Below, one piece after another: positions 35,883 through 49,948 of a DNA stretch of 64,000 nucleotides. The notes beneath the pieces were generated by a model. That model searched no databases and was not told the origin of the DNA. It worked only from the letters and a program-made list of their open reading frames with translations. The number at the start of each line of letters is the position of its first letter. The first letter of the stretch is position 1. This stretch comes from Octopus sinensis (Eukaryota), in assembly GCF_006345805.1 (NCBI RefSeq), contig NC_043012.1:28210001-28274000 (forward strand), given 5' to 3'. The translations under genes were made by a program, and so were the position numbers.

Positions 35883-38577
35883 TATATATTGTTGTTGGTA
35901 TCCTTTTTGTCTCGGGAGACAATGGAGTTGCACATAAAATAATCTAGTCCGGCTTTTACATTTCATGTCCTAATACATCTCCTGCTGTGGCTGTGTAGTT
36001 CTATCCTGGACAAACACTCCCGCACAAATGTAGCAAAGACTTTGCCTGGCTAGTTGTAATATCATAGTTTCTTGTCGACGTCTTTTCTTGTCTTTCCATT
36101 TCTCCTCTCTCTCTCTGTCACTCCTTTGTGTTCCCTCTTTTACGGTACGTCGCCAATCTCCACGGTTACTGGCAACTGCTTCCCAGTTGGTAATATTGAT
36201 GTTGCAGGCATTCATGTCCCTTTTGCAAACATCCTTGTATCGTAAGAACGGTCTTCCCACAGACCTAGTGCCCCTAGCAAGCTCTCCGAAGAGTATGTCC
36301 TTGGAGATTCTGCCATCTTCCGGCTAACATGTCCAAGCCATCTCATACGTCTTTGTGTGAGGAGTGCAAATATGCTTGGTATTCCTGCTTGCCTGAGGAC
36401 ATCTTTGTTGGGGATATGCTTCTGCCATTTGACGCAAAGGATTTTCTGGAGGCAGCGCGGGTAAAAGATATTTAGGCGACGCTCTTGGCGTGTGTATGAC
36501 GTCCAAGTCTCACTTCCATACAGTAGAGTGCTAAGTACACATGCCTGGTAAATCTTCATATTTGTGGTCTTGGTCAGCTTATTGTTGTCCCATGCCCGTT
36601 TGGAGAGTTGGGCCATCACAGCAACTGCCTTGCCAATGCGTATATTGAGCTCAGCATCAAGGGATAAGTGACGGTAGAGCCAAGATAGGTAAACTTCTCC
36701 ACCTCCTGTAGTCTGTGGTCTGCAATATGTATGTTTGGGATGTCCGATGTAGCCTGACCCATGATGTTGGTAATCTTGGAGGCTGATAACTAAGCCAAAT
36801 TTGCTACATGCTTGCTCAAAACAGGTGATGAGCCTTTGTATGGCTTCTTCTGTGTGTGATATCAGAGCGGCATCATCAGCAAAATAGCATCTCCTTGATC
36901 AGGACACTTCTGATTTTGGTCTTGGCACGCAGGCGCGAGAGATTGAACAGTTTTCCGTCACTTCTACTATGTAGAAACACTCCATCATCTGATGTCTCAA
37001 AGGCATGTGACAGCAGCAGCGAGAAGAAGATGTCAAATAATGTATGAGTAAGGACACAACCTTGCTTTACCTCGTTTTTTTATTTGGAAGGCGGCTGATG
37101 TTGAACCATTGTGCTGTATGGGGCCTTGCATATCATCATGGAAAGATTTGATGATCCTCAGCAGCTTTGGTGGACATATGAATTTTTGGAGCAGGATGAA
37201 GGGGCCTTTTCTACTTAACAAGTCAAAGGCCTTTGTCTGATCAATGAAGGCCATATATAATGGCATTTTCTGCTCTCTGGACTTCTCCTGAAGTTGGCGT
37301 ATGGAGAATATCATGTCAATAGTTGATCTGCTTCTTCTAAAGCCACACTGCGATTCTGGATAAATTCAAGAAGCAAGCAGCTGTAGCCTGGACAGGATAA
37401 CGCGAGCAAAGGCCTTAGAAGAGATATTCCACGGTAATTGTTACAATCACCACGGTCAACTTTGTTTTTGTAAAGCGTAATGATGTTAGCATCCCGCATT
37501 TCCTGAGGGACTGTACAATCTTCCCAGCACTGACACAGAAGCTCATGAAGGTGCCGAAACAGGATGGTGTGTTTGCCGGTTTTGATTATCTCTAAGGGGA
37601 TGCCATCTTTTCCCGGAGCCTTGTTACTTGCTAGGGAGTCAATAGCCTTGGTGAGCTCTGCTATAGATGGCAGACTGTCAAGTTCACACATGACTGGCAA
37701 GATCTTGACACCCTCGATTACAGCTTCAGCTACCGTGGTCTCCCGTGAGAAGAGATCCTGGTAGTACTCAACCCATCTACCCATTTGCTTTGGTCCTTGA
37801 TGGGATCTCCAGTAGTTGATTTCAGAGGGGCTGACTTGGTTGCGGATGGACCGAGGGCCTTCTTCAAACCGGCATACATCCCACGGGTGTCGCCACTGTC
37901 AGCAGCTGACTGGATACTCTGACAGATTTTCTGTCAATACCTATTTGCACAGCGTCTGGCAGTCAGTTGGGTTTTATTTCTTGCCTTTCTGAGTTCTTCG
38001 AGTGACTTTGTAGAAGAATCACTCTTGTATTGCATCAGAGCTGCACGCTTTGCTTCGATAACTGTTTCCAGCTCTGAGAGCCCAGCACTGAACCAATCTG
38101 GGTTTTGCCTTTCTCTCATGCCGAAAATATCTATTGATATGGTATACAAAGCTTCCCTGATATAATTCCACCTACTTTCAGCAGAGGAGGTAGGGCAGCT
38201 ACTGTGGACAACCTTGGCAGAAACAGCAAAACATTTTCGCAGTGTAGGGTCCGAGTTTCTGGCAGTGTTAATGCGTGGTCGGGCCATTTTCTTGGATTGA
38301 TGGACTTTTTAGGCAGAATCCTCACCCTGCTTCTTATTAGTGAATGATCTGTGTCATAATCCGCGCTGTGGTAACTACGGTTCAGTTGAACAGAATTCAG
38401 AAAGGATCTTCGTGTAATGATGAGATCCAGCTGATGCCAATGGTGAGATCTTGGATGTCTCCAAGATGCCTTGTGGGATGTCTTGTTGGCAAAGAATGTG
38501 TTGGTGATGCCCAGGTTATGGTATGTACAAAATTCAAGTAGTCTCTGACCATTGTCATTCATGTTGCCAATACCAAA
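35883..38577 (-). mobile_element. 5'-truncated RTE (BovB-like) LINE, degenerate, with ~72-bp flanking direct repeat
   Basis: APE C-terminus (NGQRLLEFC, SWRHPRS, DTDHSLI), RT (FID.TKAFD, GVKQGC), LLYGSETWT, (CAA)n tail. Flanks 35810-35882 and 38578-38648. Confidence 0.9.
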
Positions 38578-38690
38578 ACACATACATTTACATATATACA
38601 TACATATATATACGATTGATTTGTTTCAGTTCCTGTCTACGAAATCCACACACACCACACACACACACACAACACACACACACACACACA

Positions 38691-38754
<64 letters not shown>

Positions 38755-39014
38755 ACACACACACACACACGCACACGCACACGCACAAAGATAAATTGAT
38801 TGATACAACTGAGTGGGCAAACAAAAATATGAGACACTACCTAGTTCTTTTTTATATTTTGATAAACCTGGTACTTATTCTATCAGTTTCTTCTTGTGAA
38901 ACCAGTAAGATATGGGGATGTAAATAAACGAACACCAGTTGTGAAGCAGTGATGAGGGAGAAACACAAAGACACACACATAGACTTACATATATACATAC
39001 ATATACATACACTT

Positions 39015-39175
39015 GATTTCTTTCAGTTTCTGTCTACAAAATCCACTGACAAGGGTTTTGTTGGTCTGAGACTATAGCAGAAGACACATGCCAAGTTACC
39101 ACTCAGTGGGACTGAACTGAGGACCATGTCTTTTGGAACCAAGTTTGTTACCACCCAGCCACACCTGCACCTATG
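39015..39175 (-). mobile_element. Octopus-type SINE 5' half; degenerate 3' halves at 35615-35880 and 38785-39010
   Basis: Head ataggtgcagg.gtggct... on the minus strand, aligned by eye to 58951-59363. Confidence 0.7.
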
Positions 39176-39381
39176 TATTTGTGTGTGTATGGGTGTATAT
39201 ATGTATGCATGTATATACGTGTATATATATGTGTACATATTACATGTACGTCTATATATATATATATACATCTAGACATACTATACGCATACATGTATAT
39301 CTATAGAAATACATGTATACATATACATCTTTATATATACATGTGTATATATATACACATCCATATATATACATGTATATA

Positions 39382-39427
<46 letters not shown>

Positions 39428-39489
39428 TATATATATACACATCCATATACATACAATAGAGAGATGTTTTTGTTTCACTTTTAACACGT

Positions 39490-39695
39490 AATACTGAAAT
39501 AGTGGAGAAGATGTGATATTGCAGTGGGCTCGCCCTAGGCAAGAAGTTAAACATTTTATTTGCCCATGACACTACATTGACCCTAAGTAAGACATGTGTA
39601 AAATTTGAATGAAATTGGTTGTGTAGTTCTCAAGTTTTAGGGATTCACACAGACAGACAGACACACACACATTCTCAGTTTTATATATATAGATT
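39490..39695 (+). mobile_element. Probable 3' end of a non-autonomous Helitron-type element
   Basis: aaatttgaatgaaattggttgtgtagttctcaagtttt...(CAGA)n...ttttatatatatagat is the typical terminal layout. Confidence 0.4.
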
Positions 39696-39789
39696 ATCAC
39701 CATCTCCACTACTACTATTGTTATTATCATTATTAATATTTCCTTTTATTATTAAAAGATTTTATCAAATGTTCTTTATTTTCAACGTT

Positions 39790-40170
39790 TGTCTTGTACT
39801 TGAGATAATCATAAATATGTGGTTGTTGAGATACTCTGTATGCGCAAGAAGAATGCACTTGCAGACAACATGATCAATGGTTTCATTCTGTTGTTGACAT
39901 ACACGACATGTTGGGCTACTGCCGTTCTTTAATATGTTGGCCTGGTAGTTCCTTGTAGGTAGGCATTGATCTTGAGCTGCTATGATAAACCCTTCTGTTT
40001 CAGATTTTAAGCCAGAGGCCATTAGCCATTGATGGGTCAGGGGTTTGTCAACATCTGCATTATTCGCTCTCTTTGGGTATTTGTCATTGAGAGGTTTTTC
40101 TTGCCATTTACCATTCAGAATATCTAAGGCAGCAGTTTTAGCACGGGTTTTCATGCGCTTAGCTTTTTAT
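39790..40170 (-). mobile_element. R4/Dong-like fragment, paralog of 32640-32990
   Basis: MKTRAKTAALDIL..SETEGFIIAAQDQCL..CRVCQQQNETIDHVV. Begins from the trinucleotide tract 40170-40400. Confidence 0.85.
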
Positions 40171-40238
40171 TATTGTTATTATGATCATCGTCATCATCAT
40201 CATCATCATCATTATTATTACCATCATCATTATTATTA

Positions 40239-40273
<35 letters not shown>

Positions 40274-40286
40274 GTTGTTGTTATTG

Positions 40287-40318
<32 letters not shown>

Positions 40319-40339
40319 GTTGTTGTTGTTGTTGTTGTT

Positions 40340-40384
<45 letters not shown>

Positions 40385-41574
40385 ATTATTGTTGTTATTT
40401 GTACCACTCTCTTGACCTTAACATACTCTCTACTTCTCTTCTCAAGTTTCTCTGCTTTTCAATATGCCGCAATTCTTGATGATTATCACCTTGATGTCTT
40501 TGCTTCTCCTGGTCTTTACCCACACACTTCGTTCTTTTCAACTCTGCCAGCGTTCTCACAGCTTTGACCTCTAGCGCCCTTGTGTTTTGCTTTATGATTT
40601 TCCCTCTTTTCATCTCCCTTTTTCGTCACCGTTTTCTTAAGTTCTTCTTCCTTACCTTAACTATGATTCCCCCATCTCTGTCTAGTGAATAAGGAGAGAG
40701 TGATATAAAGTGAAATACAAGATGATTAGCGTTTAAAGCTGTTAGAACGCTGGTAAAATTTGATTAAGGGGGAATGGAGTGGGTAACGATCAGGAAAAAG
40801 GAAAATATTAAGATGATCAACAAGTAAAGCTGTAAATTTATTTGGTACCATCAGATTACATCTCACACGGGCGAAGGATTCTGCTCGAAACGTTAGACTT
40901 TTCGTGGCAAACTAATTTATCCCACTTTTAAACTATTTACACTCAGTAATTGCCAACACAGATCACTACCAGTTTCCTCGGATCCTACAGTTTGCTTGTT
41001 AATTAGAATTTCTGCAAATTTTTATCACAACTGTGACTAAATGAGTCTATGCCATATGATGATAAGGTATCTTCTTTCTCTTTCGGCTGACATTGGTACT
41101 CTAACCCTGCGCTAATCATCTCTTACATTCACCCAAATCTGCTTTTGCAATCACATATGTTTTCCCGGATACTGCTTCCGGTTCAACATGATCCCACGCT
41201 ACAACTTACTCTTCCTCATGGCAAATCAATTTATTTCACTTTTAAACTGTTCACACACACACGCACACGCACACACACACATTCAACGGACTAGCACACA
41301 CAGACACACATATGTAAGGTATATTGCGTATAAGGGAAGGGGGTTTATGTTTGTGTATGTGGGAATCTGTGTGTGTGTGTGCCTGTGTACATTCATATAT
41401 TATACATACATACATTTATATGAATGCTTTTTATATAGAAAAAAACATACACGTAAACAGACTTTGTCTACACACACACACACACCACACACACACACAC
41501 ACACACCACACACACACACACATACACACACACACACATACACACACACACATCTTTATCTTTTATATTTTACT

Positions 41575-41750
41575 TGCTAAAGACATTAGACGGCAGCCAT
41601 GCTGGGGAAGCGCCTTGAAGAATTTTTTGTCGCTCAAACCGACCCCAGTACATTTTATTTTTAAGCCTGGCACTTATTCTATCTTTTGTCGAGTTGCTAA
41701 GTTACGGGGACGTAAAGAAATCAACACCGGTTAGCAAGCGGTGGAGGTGA
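41575..41750 (-). mobile_element. Octopus-type SINE, degenerate 3' half
   Basis: gcagccatgctgg..gaccccag..acttattctatc..ctaagttacggggacgtaaa. Confidence 0.65.
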
Positions 41751-42432
41751 ACAAAGGTGCACGCACACACACACACACATACATGTATATACGAATGAAT
41801 GGGGAAACGAAAGGAAAGGGTATTCAACACATTTAGAAATAGTTACAAGTATTATTTAAATCAGCTTGATTCGGTTCCTTGCCACTTAAAGTTTCGCAGG
41901 TCTCTAACAGAAGTTCGTCTCTTTAAGACTTCAGATTACTGAATGGGATGATACAGTAAGTCCAAGATGGCTACCAGCAGATAAGCTACTATTAGTCAAG
42001 GCGGGTTACATGGAGTTGTTAAGAAATACCAGTTGCTCGGCGTCACCAGTTCCTTTAGGAAAGGGAATTCTTTTGATCGCTTGGCTGGACAGGAAGATGG
42101 TGCTGCCCAAAATATCTGCGCATGCTCTTCCAGGAATACACTCACATGCACATACATCCACCCACACACTCAAACGTATACGTACACACAACTACACTAA
42201 CACACATCACGACAGCACACATAAACACCACATCTGACACACTAGCACACCTGCAAACAAATAATAAAAGCATATATACGCACACACCCATTCACACACA
42301 AGCGCACGCGCACCTATACTCGCGTCCTGAATACGTTCGAGCGTGCGCGCGTAGTAGGCACCAACGCACACTCACACACACCCATACACTCTACAACCAA
42401 TACACACCAACAACAACGCATACATACATCTC

Positions 42433-42515
<83 letters not shown>

Positions 42516-42520
42516 TATAT

Positions 42521-42575
42521 TTATGGACGTGAAACTCATGGTAACCCCATAGACCGGCCGTATTTATGTTTATCG

Positions 42576-42662
<87 letters not shown>

Positions 42663-42720
42663 TAAAGATAAACATAAATACGGCCGGTCTATGGGGTTAC
42701 CATGAGCTTCACGCCCATAA
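42521..42720. repeat. 200-bp palindrome centred on (TC)n(TA)n(GA)n
   Basis: About 55 bp of unique arm each side with 2 transitions, plus mirror microsatellites. Confidence 0.88.
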
Positions 42721-43559
42721 AGGGCTTAGATTTACAGCGTTTCTTCCGACCCTAGGCCTATGGCGTTTGTAGCACGCGGATTCTTTAGAAAATGGAGGAA
42801 AAGATTTCGTTGTTATATTCCAACAACAAGGGATTGTCCCCCTTTGATCGCCATTCGTAATTGACCCTGTTAGCATGTGGATCCTAGGACGCCAGCAGTA
42901 ATTTCCTGAAGAGCAAGCAGGGTCCGACGACTTCCGTCCTGGAGCTAAGGACGTTTCTCGGGTCGGGGGAGTCCTTTAATATGCACAGTTTACAATACTT
43001 GGTCCCATTTATGTAGGGGACTGGATTTTCTAGGATCTTTCCTGATGCTACGTGTGGAGTCCCGCCGTCTTTCAGCCGCCATACATGGCTGGCTAAGGAC
43101 GTAGCGTATCTCCTTTCCGAAATTCTGAAAGGGCATTTGTGGTTGGAAGAGGTGCTGCTTGAACGTATACAGGAACATCCGATGTATCTTCGTGTGCGGA
43201 TGTTGTCGATATTGCTTTTGTTGATGTTGACGCTGCCGCTACTGCTCTTATTGGTGTTAGTGTTGGCATCATTAAAGCTAGTGTTGGTGTTGGTGCTGGC
43301 GCCGGTGCCTTTAATACTGGCGTAGGGGATATCATCGGTGGTGGCTCTCCATACGTAATATCATGGAAAATCCTAGAAAATACAGGCCTCTACATAAATG
43401 GGACCAAGCATCAGTGTTAAGAAAAAGTTGATCCTTCTCAGTGAATCATAAATCTAAGGAGTTTCTTTAGTATTTTAACATGAACATATTCTGTCCTTGG
43501 TCTTTAAACATTAATATCGCGATAACGAAAGTGTTTTCCTGGTGACACGTGCTTTTATA

Positions 43560-44850
43560 CGAGGGACGTTCAATAAGTAATGCCCCTGACCCACTTACAG
43601 TTGTTTGATCTGAAATTTTGCATGTGCAATTATTTATATCTCTATAGATTGAGTGGCAAATTACAGCTCTGAACTAATTGTGGTTTCTGATTTACAGGTG
43701 TTTGAACTGAGTCGAGTGTGAAATGGAGCCTGTTTAGTGTCGAGCAGTGATCCGGTTTTTGTATTTGAAAGGACGCACACCACGTGAGACTTTTGATGAA
43801 ATGAAAGTAACTTATGGTGATGATGCCCCATCATATGACCTTGTAAAACGCTGGCATCGTGAATTCAAACATGGTCGGAACTCTGTGGAAACAGCTTCCA
43901 GATCTGGTCGCCCCCACCTTCTGCCATTGATGAGGCATCTGTCCGTCAAGTTGAGGCTGCCATTTTGGAAGATCGACGCATAACTATTCGCCAAATAGCC
44001 CATGAGGTCAAGATTAGTACCGGGTCTGTGGAAACTATCATTCATGACCATTTGCATATGCAAAAGGTGTCTGCCAGATGGATTCCCAGGTTGCTCACAC
44101 CTTTCCAGAAGCAAGAACGCGTCGAGTGCTCGAGGGTTAATTTGGAGATGTGCCAAGAAGATGAGTCAAAATTTTTCAAAAGACTGATTACACAGGATGA
44201 AACCTGGGTCCATCACGATGATCCAGAGACCAAAGCCCAGTCAATGTAGTGGAAGCACCGTGATTCACCTCCTCCAAAGAAGGCAAGGGTGCAGCCCTCC
44301 GCTAGCAAGGTCATGCTCACAGTCTTCTGGGACCAGGACGGAGTAGTGATGACAGATTTCCCGGCAAAGGGTACCACAATTACAGAAGCTTATTATGCTT
44401 CACTTTTGAGGAAATTAAGAGAAGCTATCAAAATCAAGAGGCGGGGAAAGATCAGCAAAGGCATCCTCCTCCAGCAGGACAATACTCCGGTCCACAACTC
44501 GCGTGTCGCCAGATCAGAAGCATAGGCGTGCGGTTATGAACTCCTGCCCCATCCCCCCTACTCTCCTGACCTTGCACGCTCTGATTTTCACCTCTTCACA
44601 GCCATGAAGTTGTTTTTGAAAGGAAAGCGTTTCCCAGATGATGCAGCGTTGATTTCTGAAGTCACGTCGTGGTTGGATGACCAAGCTGGGGTCTTCTACA
44701 AAAACGGTCTCCAGAGCTGTATCAAACGATGGGAGAAATGTGTAACTCTGGGTGGTTCCTATGTAGAAAAAGACTAATAACGGTGCCAAGTTTCGTTGCT
44801 CTACTTCTATGGGAAGTGGGTCAGGGGCATTACTTATTGAACGCCCCTCG
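43560..44850 (+). mobile_element. Full-length (1291 bp) mariner, irritans-like, defective transposase
   Basis: TA TSD; TIRs cgagggacgttcaataagtaatgcccctgacccactt / aagtgggtcaggggcattacttattgaacgcccctcg; motifs WIPRLLT, DETWVHH, QDN, YSPDLA.SDF. Contains stops and a frameshift. Confidence 0.93.
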
Positions 44851-45929
44851 TACTACAAGTAAAATTTTGGTTGATCATTTGTTAAGTATGTCTCATTGTA
44901 AGTTTCATTCTCTTTCTTCTCACAAGCATATAAGGTAAGATGAATTTATTTTAACTTTAACGCATTCCAAGCAAGTATCTAATTGAAAATTCTTCGAAGT
45001 TAAATATTTCAGTTCTGTTTATCACACAACTACAGTGACTTTCTCTTTCTTCTGTCTCCGTAAACATCACAGCCTTTATATGAATTTCCTCTCTCCCTGA
45101 ATACTCTTAAAGTTAAATAGTTCAATTCATTTTAGCAGATAACGATATCCCCTTTCCTTCTCTCACCTTTTTGTTACAGACTTTCTTTTTTTCCACGGCA
45201 CACTTTATGGGTCTCTTGAATTATGTATCTCTCTTATGTTCGTAAACAGTCTTACTCTTTCTCTCTCACTTCTCTTTTATAGAGCTCTATAAATTTGTTA
45301 CAAACCTACAATATAGATCTTATCCACAACGTGAAGATACGAACGACAATCTTCTCAGGCCACAAAATGGTAGAACTGATGATGTGTGGTCCAAAACCAA
45401 TTTCATGATATATTACACACAGACAGCATTCAAACTCTTACCGGTCTGAAATTCTACAAGTTTGACTGAAAGTCAATTTAAAGAGGGATTATCTAGCAAA
45501 ATTGGTTTAAAGTCTCTCTATGCAAGACATTGATATGAAGTTTAATGAAGTTACGTCAATAATGTGAGCCATATGCATTGAATTTGTCTCGGGGAAGAGA
45601 GCAACCACAGATCATTCCCCGTGACAGGAGAGTCCTCGTGAGATCTCTAAACGCTTAAATAGACAACCGAATGACAGCGGATAATCCCTCCTCAAAGAGA
45701 AACTTCAAGTGATCGAAAATAAACTCTCCTATGAAGGCGAAAAGGTAGAAAGAGAAACCAGGGCAGAGGAAAATATATAAAAATAAATCCCAAAGCCTTC
45801 TATGATTCCAGAGTATCTTCACTTAAGAAACATGTAAATAAGCGAGCCTAAAGAGCTTTCCAACACTGCAGACCTACATAGAAAAAAGGGCAGCCATTGA
45901 TTATATTGCTATAAAAAAAGAAGATGTAA

Positions 45930-46810
45930 TATCAAACACTGCTACGAGCCCGGATGGATTTCCTGTCATTCTCCTAAAAACATGCCAGAAAGCTCTTGCA
46001 AAATCACTGCAGATACTTTTCAGAATTTCCTTGCATGTGGAAAACTTCCCAAACTGTTAAAAGAGGATATCCATAAAGCATATGCCAGAATAATTACAGC
46101 TCTATCTCTTTGACTTCACATGTTAGCAAGTTCATGGAACACATTGTCAGAAGGAGACTGGTCACGTTCCTGGAAGAGAATAACTTGCTCACAAACACAT
46201 GACATGGATTCGTCCAAGGAGGGGCGGCCTCACACAGCTACTACAACATTACGATGGGGTACTGAAATAGCAGCTCAACTACTCAAATGTGGACGTGATG
46301 TATCTCGACTTTGTCAAGGCCTTTGACAAAGTTGATCACGGGATGATAAGTCACAAATTACGTGGCCTTGGTACCACTGGAAAACTGGGATAGAGGCTGC
46401 ACTACTTTTTAAAGGATAGAAGTTAGGTAGTTATAACCGACGTCTTTGAGGAGACGTCAATCTATAGCGGAGTTCCTCAGAGAACTGTATTGGGACTATT
46501 ACTGTCTGTAGTGACTCTCTTTGACATGCCGTCATTCGTACAGTCAGCCATTATCACCAGCTACGCCAATGATACAAAGGTATCTCAGGCGGTCAAGAAC
46601 TCTGAGGACGTAGTAAAACTGCAAAATGACCTGCATGCAAATTATAAATGGGCTGATGAAAATAACATGCAGCTCAATGCTGATAAGTTTCAAGCACTCC
46701 CTTATCGTCCCACAAACATAGGACCAGGGGGTAGTGCAATCTGCAGTGGAGTTCCCCTGGGAACTGTACTGGGACTATAACTATTTATAGTGGCTCTCTC
46801 AGACATGCCG
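45930..46810 (+). mobile_element. Degenerate CR1-group LINE RT fragment (apparently related to 9737-10528)
   Basis: YLDFVKAFDKVDH, SGVPQ.TVLG, YANDTK, LQNDL..W..N.M.LN..K. Confidence 0.75.
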
Positions 46811-46811
46811 T

Positions 46812-47070
46812 CTGAGATCGCGTGATCATACTTTCGATTCCTGGGCCGAGCGGTGTGTTTACTTCATAATCAAAACCCTTCATTTTACGTTGTTCTGTGA
46901 TAATCTCAGCGTCTGACCCGTGGCGCACTTGTGCATTTGTACAAGCGATGTCGATTTTATGGATTGAGTGAGCTTATGTGAACACAAACATTTGATCACT
47001 TTAATCAAAGCATCTGTGTGGTTGTTCAGCAAGAAATTACGGAACCCTCATCTATCGTTTAACGACGGCA
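46812..47070 (+). mobile_element. Degenerate tRNA-derived SINE of another family
   Basis: B-box-like ttcgattcctgg followed by a SINE-like body ending in (GA)n. Confidence 0.45.
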
Positions 47071-47823
47071 GAATTCATGAGAGAGAGAGAGAGAAGGAGA
47101 GAGAGAGAGAGAGAGAGAGGGGGAGAGAGAGGAGGGTGGAGAGAGAGAGAGAGGGGGAGAGAGAGGGGGAGAGAGAGGGGGAGAGAGAGGGGGAGAGAGA
47201 GAGAGAGAGAGACACACACACACACACACTAATGGTCTAAAACTCATATATATGTATACGTTTAAATATATTTATAACATAAGGGAATAGGGATCTTGAA
47301 GCCGGACAGATACCTTGCAAATACTGTAGCATAATCTAGGTTCTGGCTAACCACATCGAATGATATGGAACAACGGGAAATTGTTTAAAGTAAACACTTA
47401 GTCTGTATTTCATTCGATGGTTAAATCCTGAGTTCACTTCTTTGGTTTTTATACAGTATGCAGAGTCTCTATTCAAGATATTAAAAATAAGAATGGAGAA
47501 TTATATATTCGCAAAAAATTGTTTCTTACCGTATTATATAGAATACATTTTAAATCTCTGTTCGACACGTGTTTCTACTGCTTAGACATCCGAAGATTTG
47601 GCACTTAGTTACCTCCTGTTGGTTTAATTGCATTATAAGTTCATTAAGGGTATACGTACCTATGCAACTTAATTCAATGTATTACCACTACGGGTTTTTG
47701 AAGCAAACTCAGTGCTTGAGCGTGTTATTCTATGTATAATTTAGGAGGGGAAGATATTTGTAGTTAGTGTAGAAGATAGCAGAGTTTCTTTTCAAATCTT
47801 TGATATATATATACATACATACA

Positions 47824-47896
<73 letters not shown>

Positions 47897-48045
47897 GCAC
47901 ACACACATACACAGACACACACACACACACACACATGTATATATATATTTTACATACATAAATATTCTTTCAAAATGTAACCACGTGAATCGTTGGCGAT
48001 TTTTTCCCTCCGTCTTCCTTTTCTATTGGACTTACCTCTGTCTCT

Positions 48046-48080
48046 GTTTCCGAAGAAGAGCTTTGCTCGAAACATAAAAC
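48046..48080 (+). ncRNA. Minimal hammerhead motif (U4C; helix III mutated)
   Basis: GUUU-CCGAAGA-A-GAGC(UUU)GCUC-GAAAC-AUA-AAAC, with the same architecture as 16450-16484. Confidence 0.55.
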
Positions 48081-48349
48081 CACCTTTCTTTCCTTCCTTG
48101 ATAAACAACATTTTTCGTCTCTTCATTTGGGGGCCAGGACAATTTTTTTCTGTCTAACCTCTTTCTGTCTGTCTGTCTCTCCTTCTGTTGATTGTTTTCA
48201 ACTATCACCATCACAACCACCATCGCCACCACAACTGCCATACACACACCATTCAGACTTTTGATGCCACCACTATCATCACCTTTGACTTCGCAGCCTC
48301 CCCTCCACCCCATCACCACTGTCTTTCACGTCCCTTACTATCATCTTCA

Positions 48350-48500
48350 TGCTTGACCGCCTCAGCTACCACCACCACCACCACCACCACCACCACCACC
48401 ACCACCACCACCACCACCACCATCACCACTACCACCACCACCACCACCACCACCACCACCATCATCATCATCGTCAACGTCGCCTCCGCCTCTATCACAA
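48350..48500. repeat. (CAC)n/(CAT)n microsatellite
   Basis: Direct reading. Confidence 0.95.
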
Positions 48501-48689
48501 CTACAATTCATACTATTACTGTCACCCCATATTAATCTCACCCTAGCAAGAGGAGTAGAAATATCATTGAATTGTGAGAGGGGAGGGGTCAAAGTGTGAC
48601 ACACCGACACGAAGAAATTCGTTTTGGCATTTATTATTAGTATAGATATGTGTGTGTGTGTGTGTGTGTGTTGTGTGTGTGTGTGTGTA

Positions 48690-49943
48690 TAGGGTGCGGT
48701 GTGTAAATGGTCACTATATTATATTTTTAATTTCGCGCATGCACATTGTTTTTGATTTTGTCGACTATACGGTATAGTAGGGTCCGTTGGACACTGTCTG
48801 TGAGAAAAACAGTACCATGACACAATTCACTTTGCGATAAATTTGCAAATGACCATGCTGTACTGCTTGGCATTCATGCTGGAAGCTCCAATATGAACAT
48901 TTCAGAGTGTTTGGGTGTCAATCTGAGGACAGTGCAGAGGATTTGGAAAGAGTTGGATGAGTCTGATGGTGATTACAAGGTATGGCAGCTCAGAAAACTC
49001 ACTCTGATCATTCTGATAAGAAAAGAACTTCTGAATTTGTTGGTGAGATCCAGGCCATGACTGACAATGATCCCTCCAAGTCAATCAGGTCTATTGCCAG
49101 GGTCATGGGAGAGTCTGAATTACTCATCAGGCAGGTAGTGTTTGAAGACATTTGGTATTCCTCATACAAGATGTGAATGGGCCAATTTTTATCCAAAGCC
49201 ATCAAGGACAAGAGGAAAGATCACACTACAAAGCTTTTAAACAAACTTAAACATCCCTTCCAACCGAACATGCTTTGGTTTTTCTCAGACGAGTAAAATT
49301 TCTGCCAGGGCCAGATAGTGAACATACAGAACCACCGTTGGCTTGCCGTGTCGCCAAAACATTGTACTGAGTGTGATGAAAATCAAACATCCAGTCAACA
49401 TCATGGTGTTTGGATTGATCGCTAGTGATAGTAACGTTATGCCTCCATTCATCTTTTCACATGGCCCCAGACTCAACACGGAGGCCTACAGCAAGTGTCT
49501 GGGGAAGGTAGTGCAGACCCTAAGTCTGGCAACAGGACTCTGCACAATGTCATACAAATAGGAGAACCCAGTCATGGCTGTCAGAAAATTTCTGCGACCA
49601 CATCACTCCTAACATCTGGTCACCTAACTCCCCAGACTGCAACTCTCTTGGCTATTATGTGTGGGGCGCAGTTGAGCGAGAGACCAACACAACTTCTTGT
49701 AACACCAAAGATGGACTGATGGCAAGGAATATGGCAGTATTCACGAACTTAAAGAAGGAGACCGTCCAGAAGAGTTGCAGGAGATACCGAAGTCGTCTGA
49801 AGGCCATGGTGGAAGCCAATGGCGATTTTATTGAATAAATTTACTCGCTAGTATGTTTATGTAATTTTTAAATGTTAAAATGAGATGTGAGTGTTATTTT
49901 CATTTTTGTGTAATTTAGATGAAAGTTTATTCACCGAACCATG
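48690..49943 (+). mobile_element. Degenerate maT-family (DD37D) transposon
   Basis: Imperfect TIRs tagggtgcggtg / caccgaaccatg; FSDE, QQDSAQCH, SPDCNSL(D>G)Y with 37 residues between the second and third acidic positions. Confidence 0.75.
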
Positions 49944-49948
49944 TGTAT

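Noticed and set aside
40395-40660. 72-aa minus-strand ORF ending at an (AAT)n tract
   Set aside because: No recognisable motif; the purine bias explains the open frame.
40865-40900. Hammerhead remnant (ctgctcGAAACGTTagac); another at 47560-47600 on the minus strand
   Set aside because: The CUGANGA half is absent or has two or more core mutations, so they are too degenerate to call.
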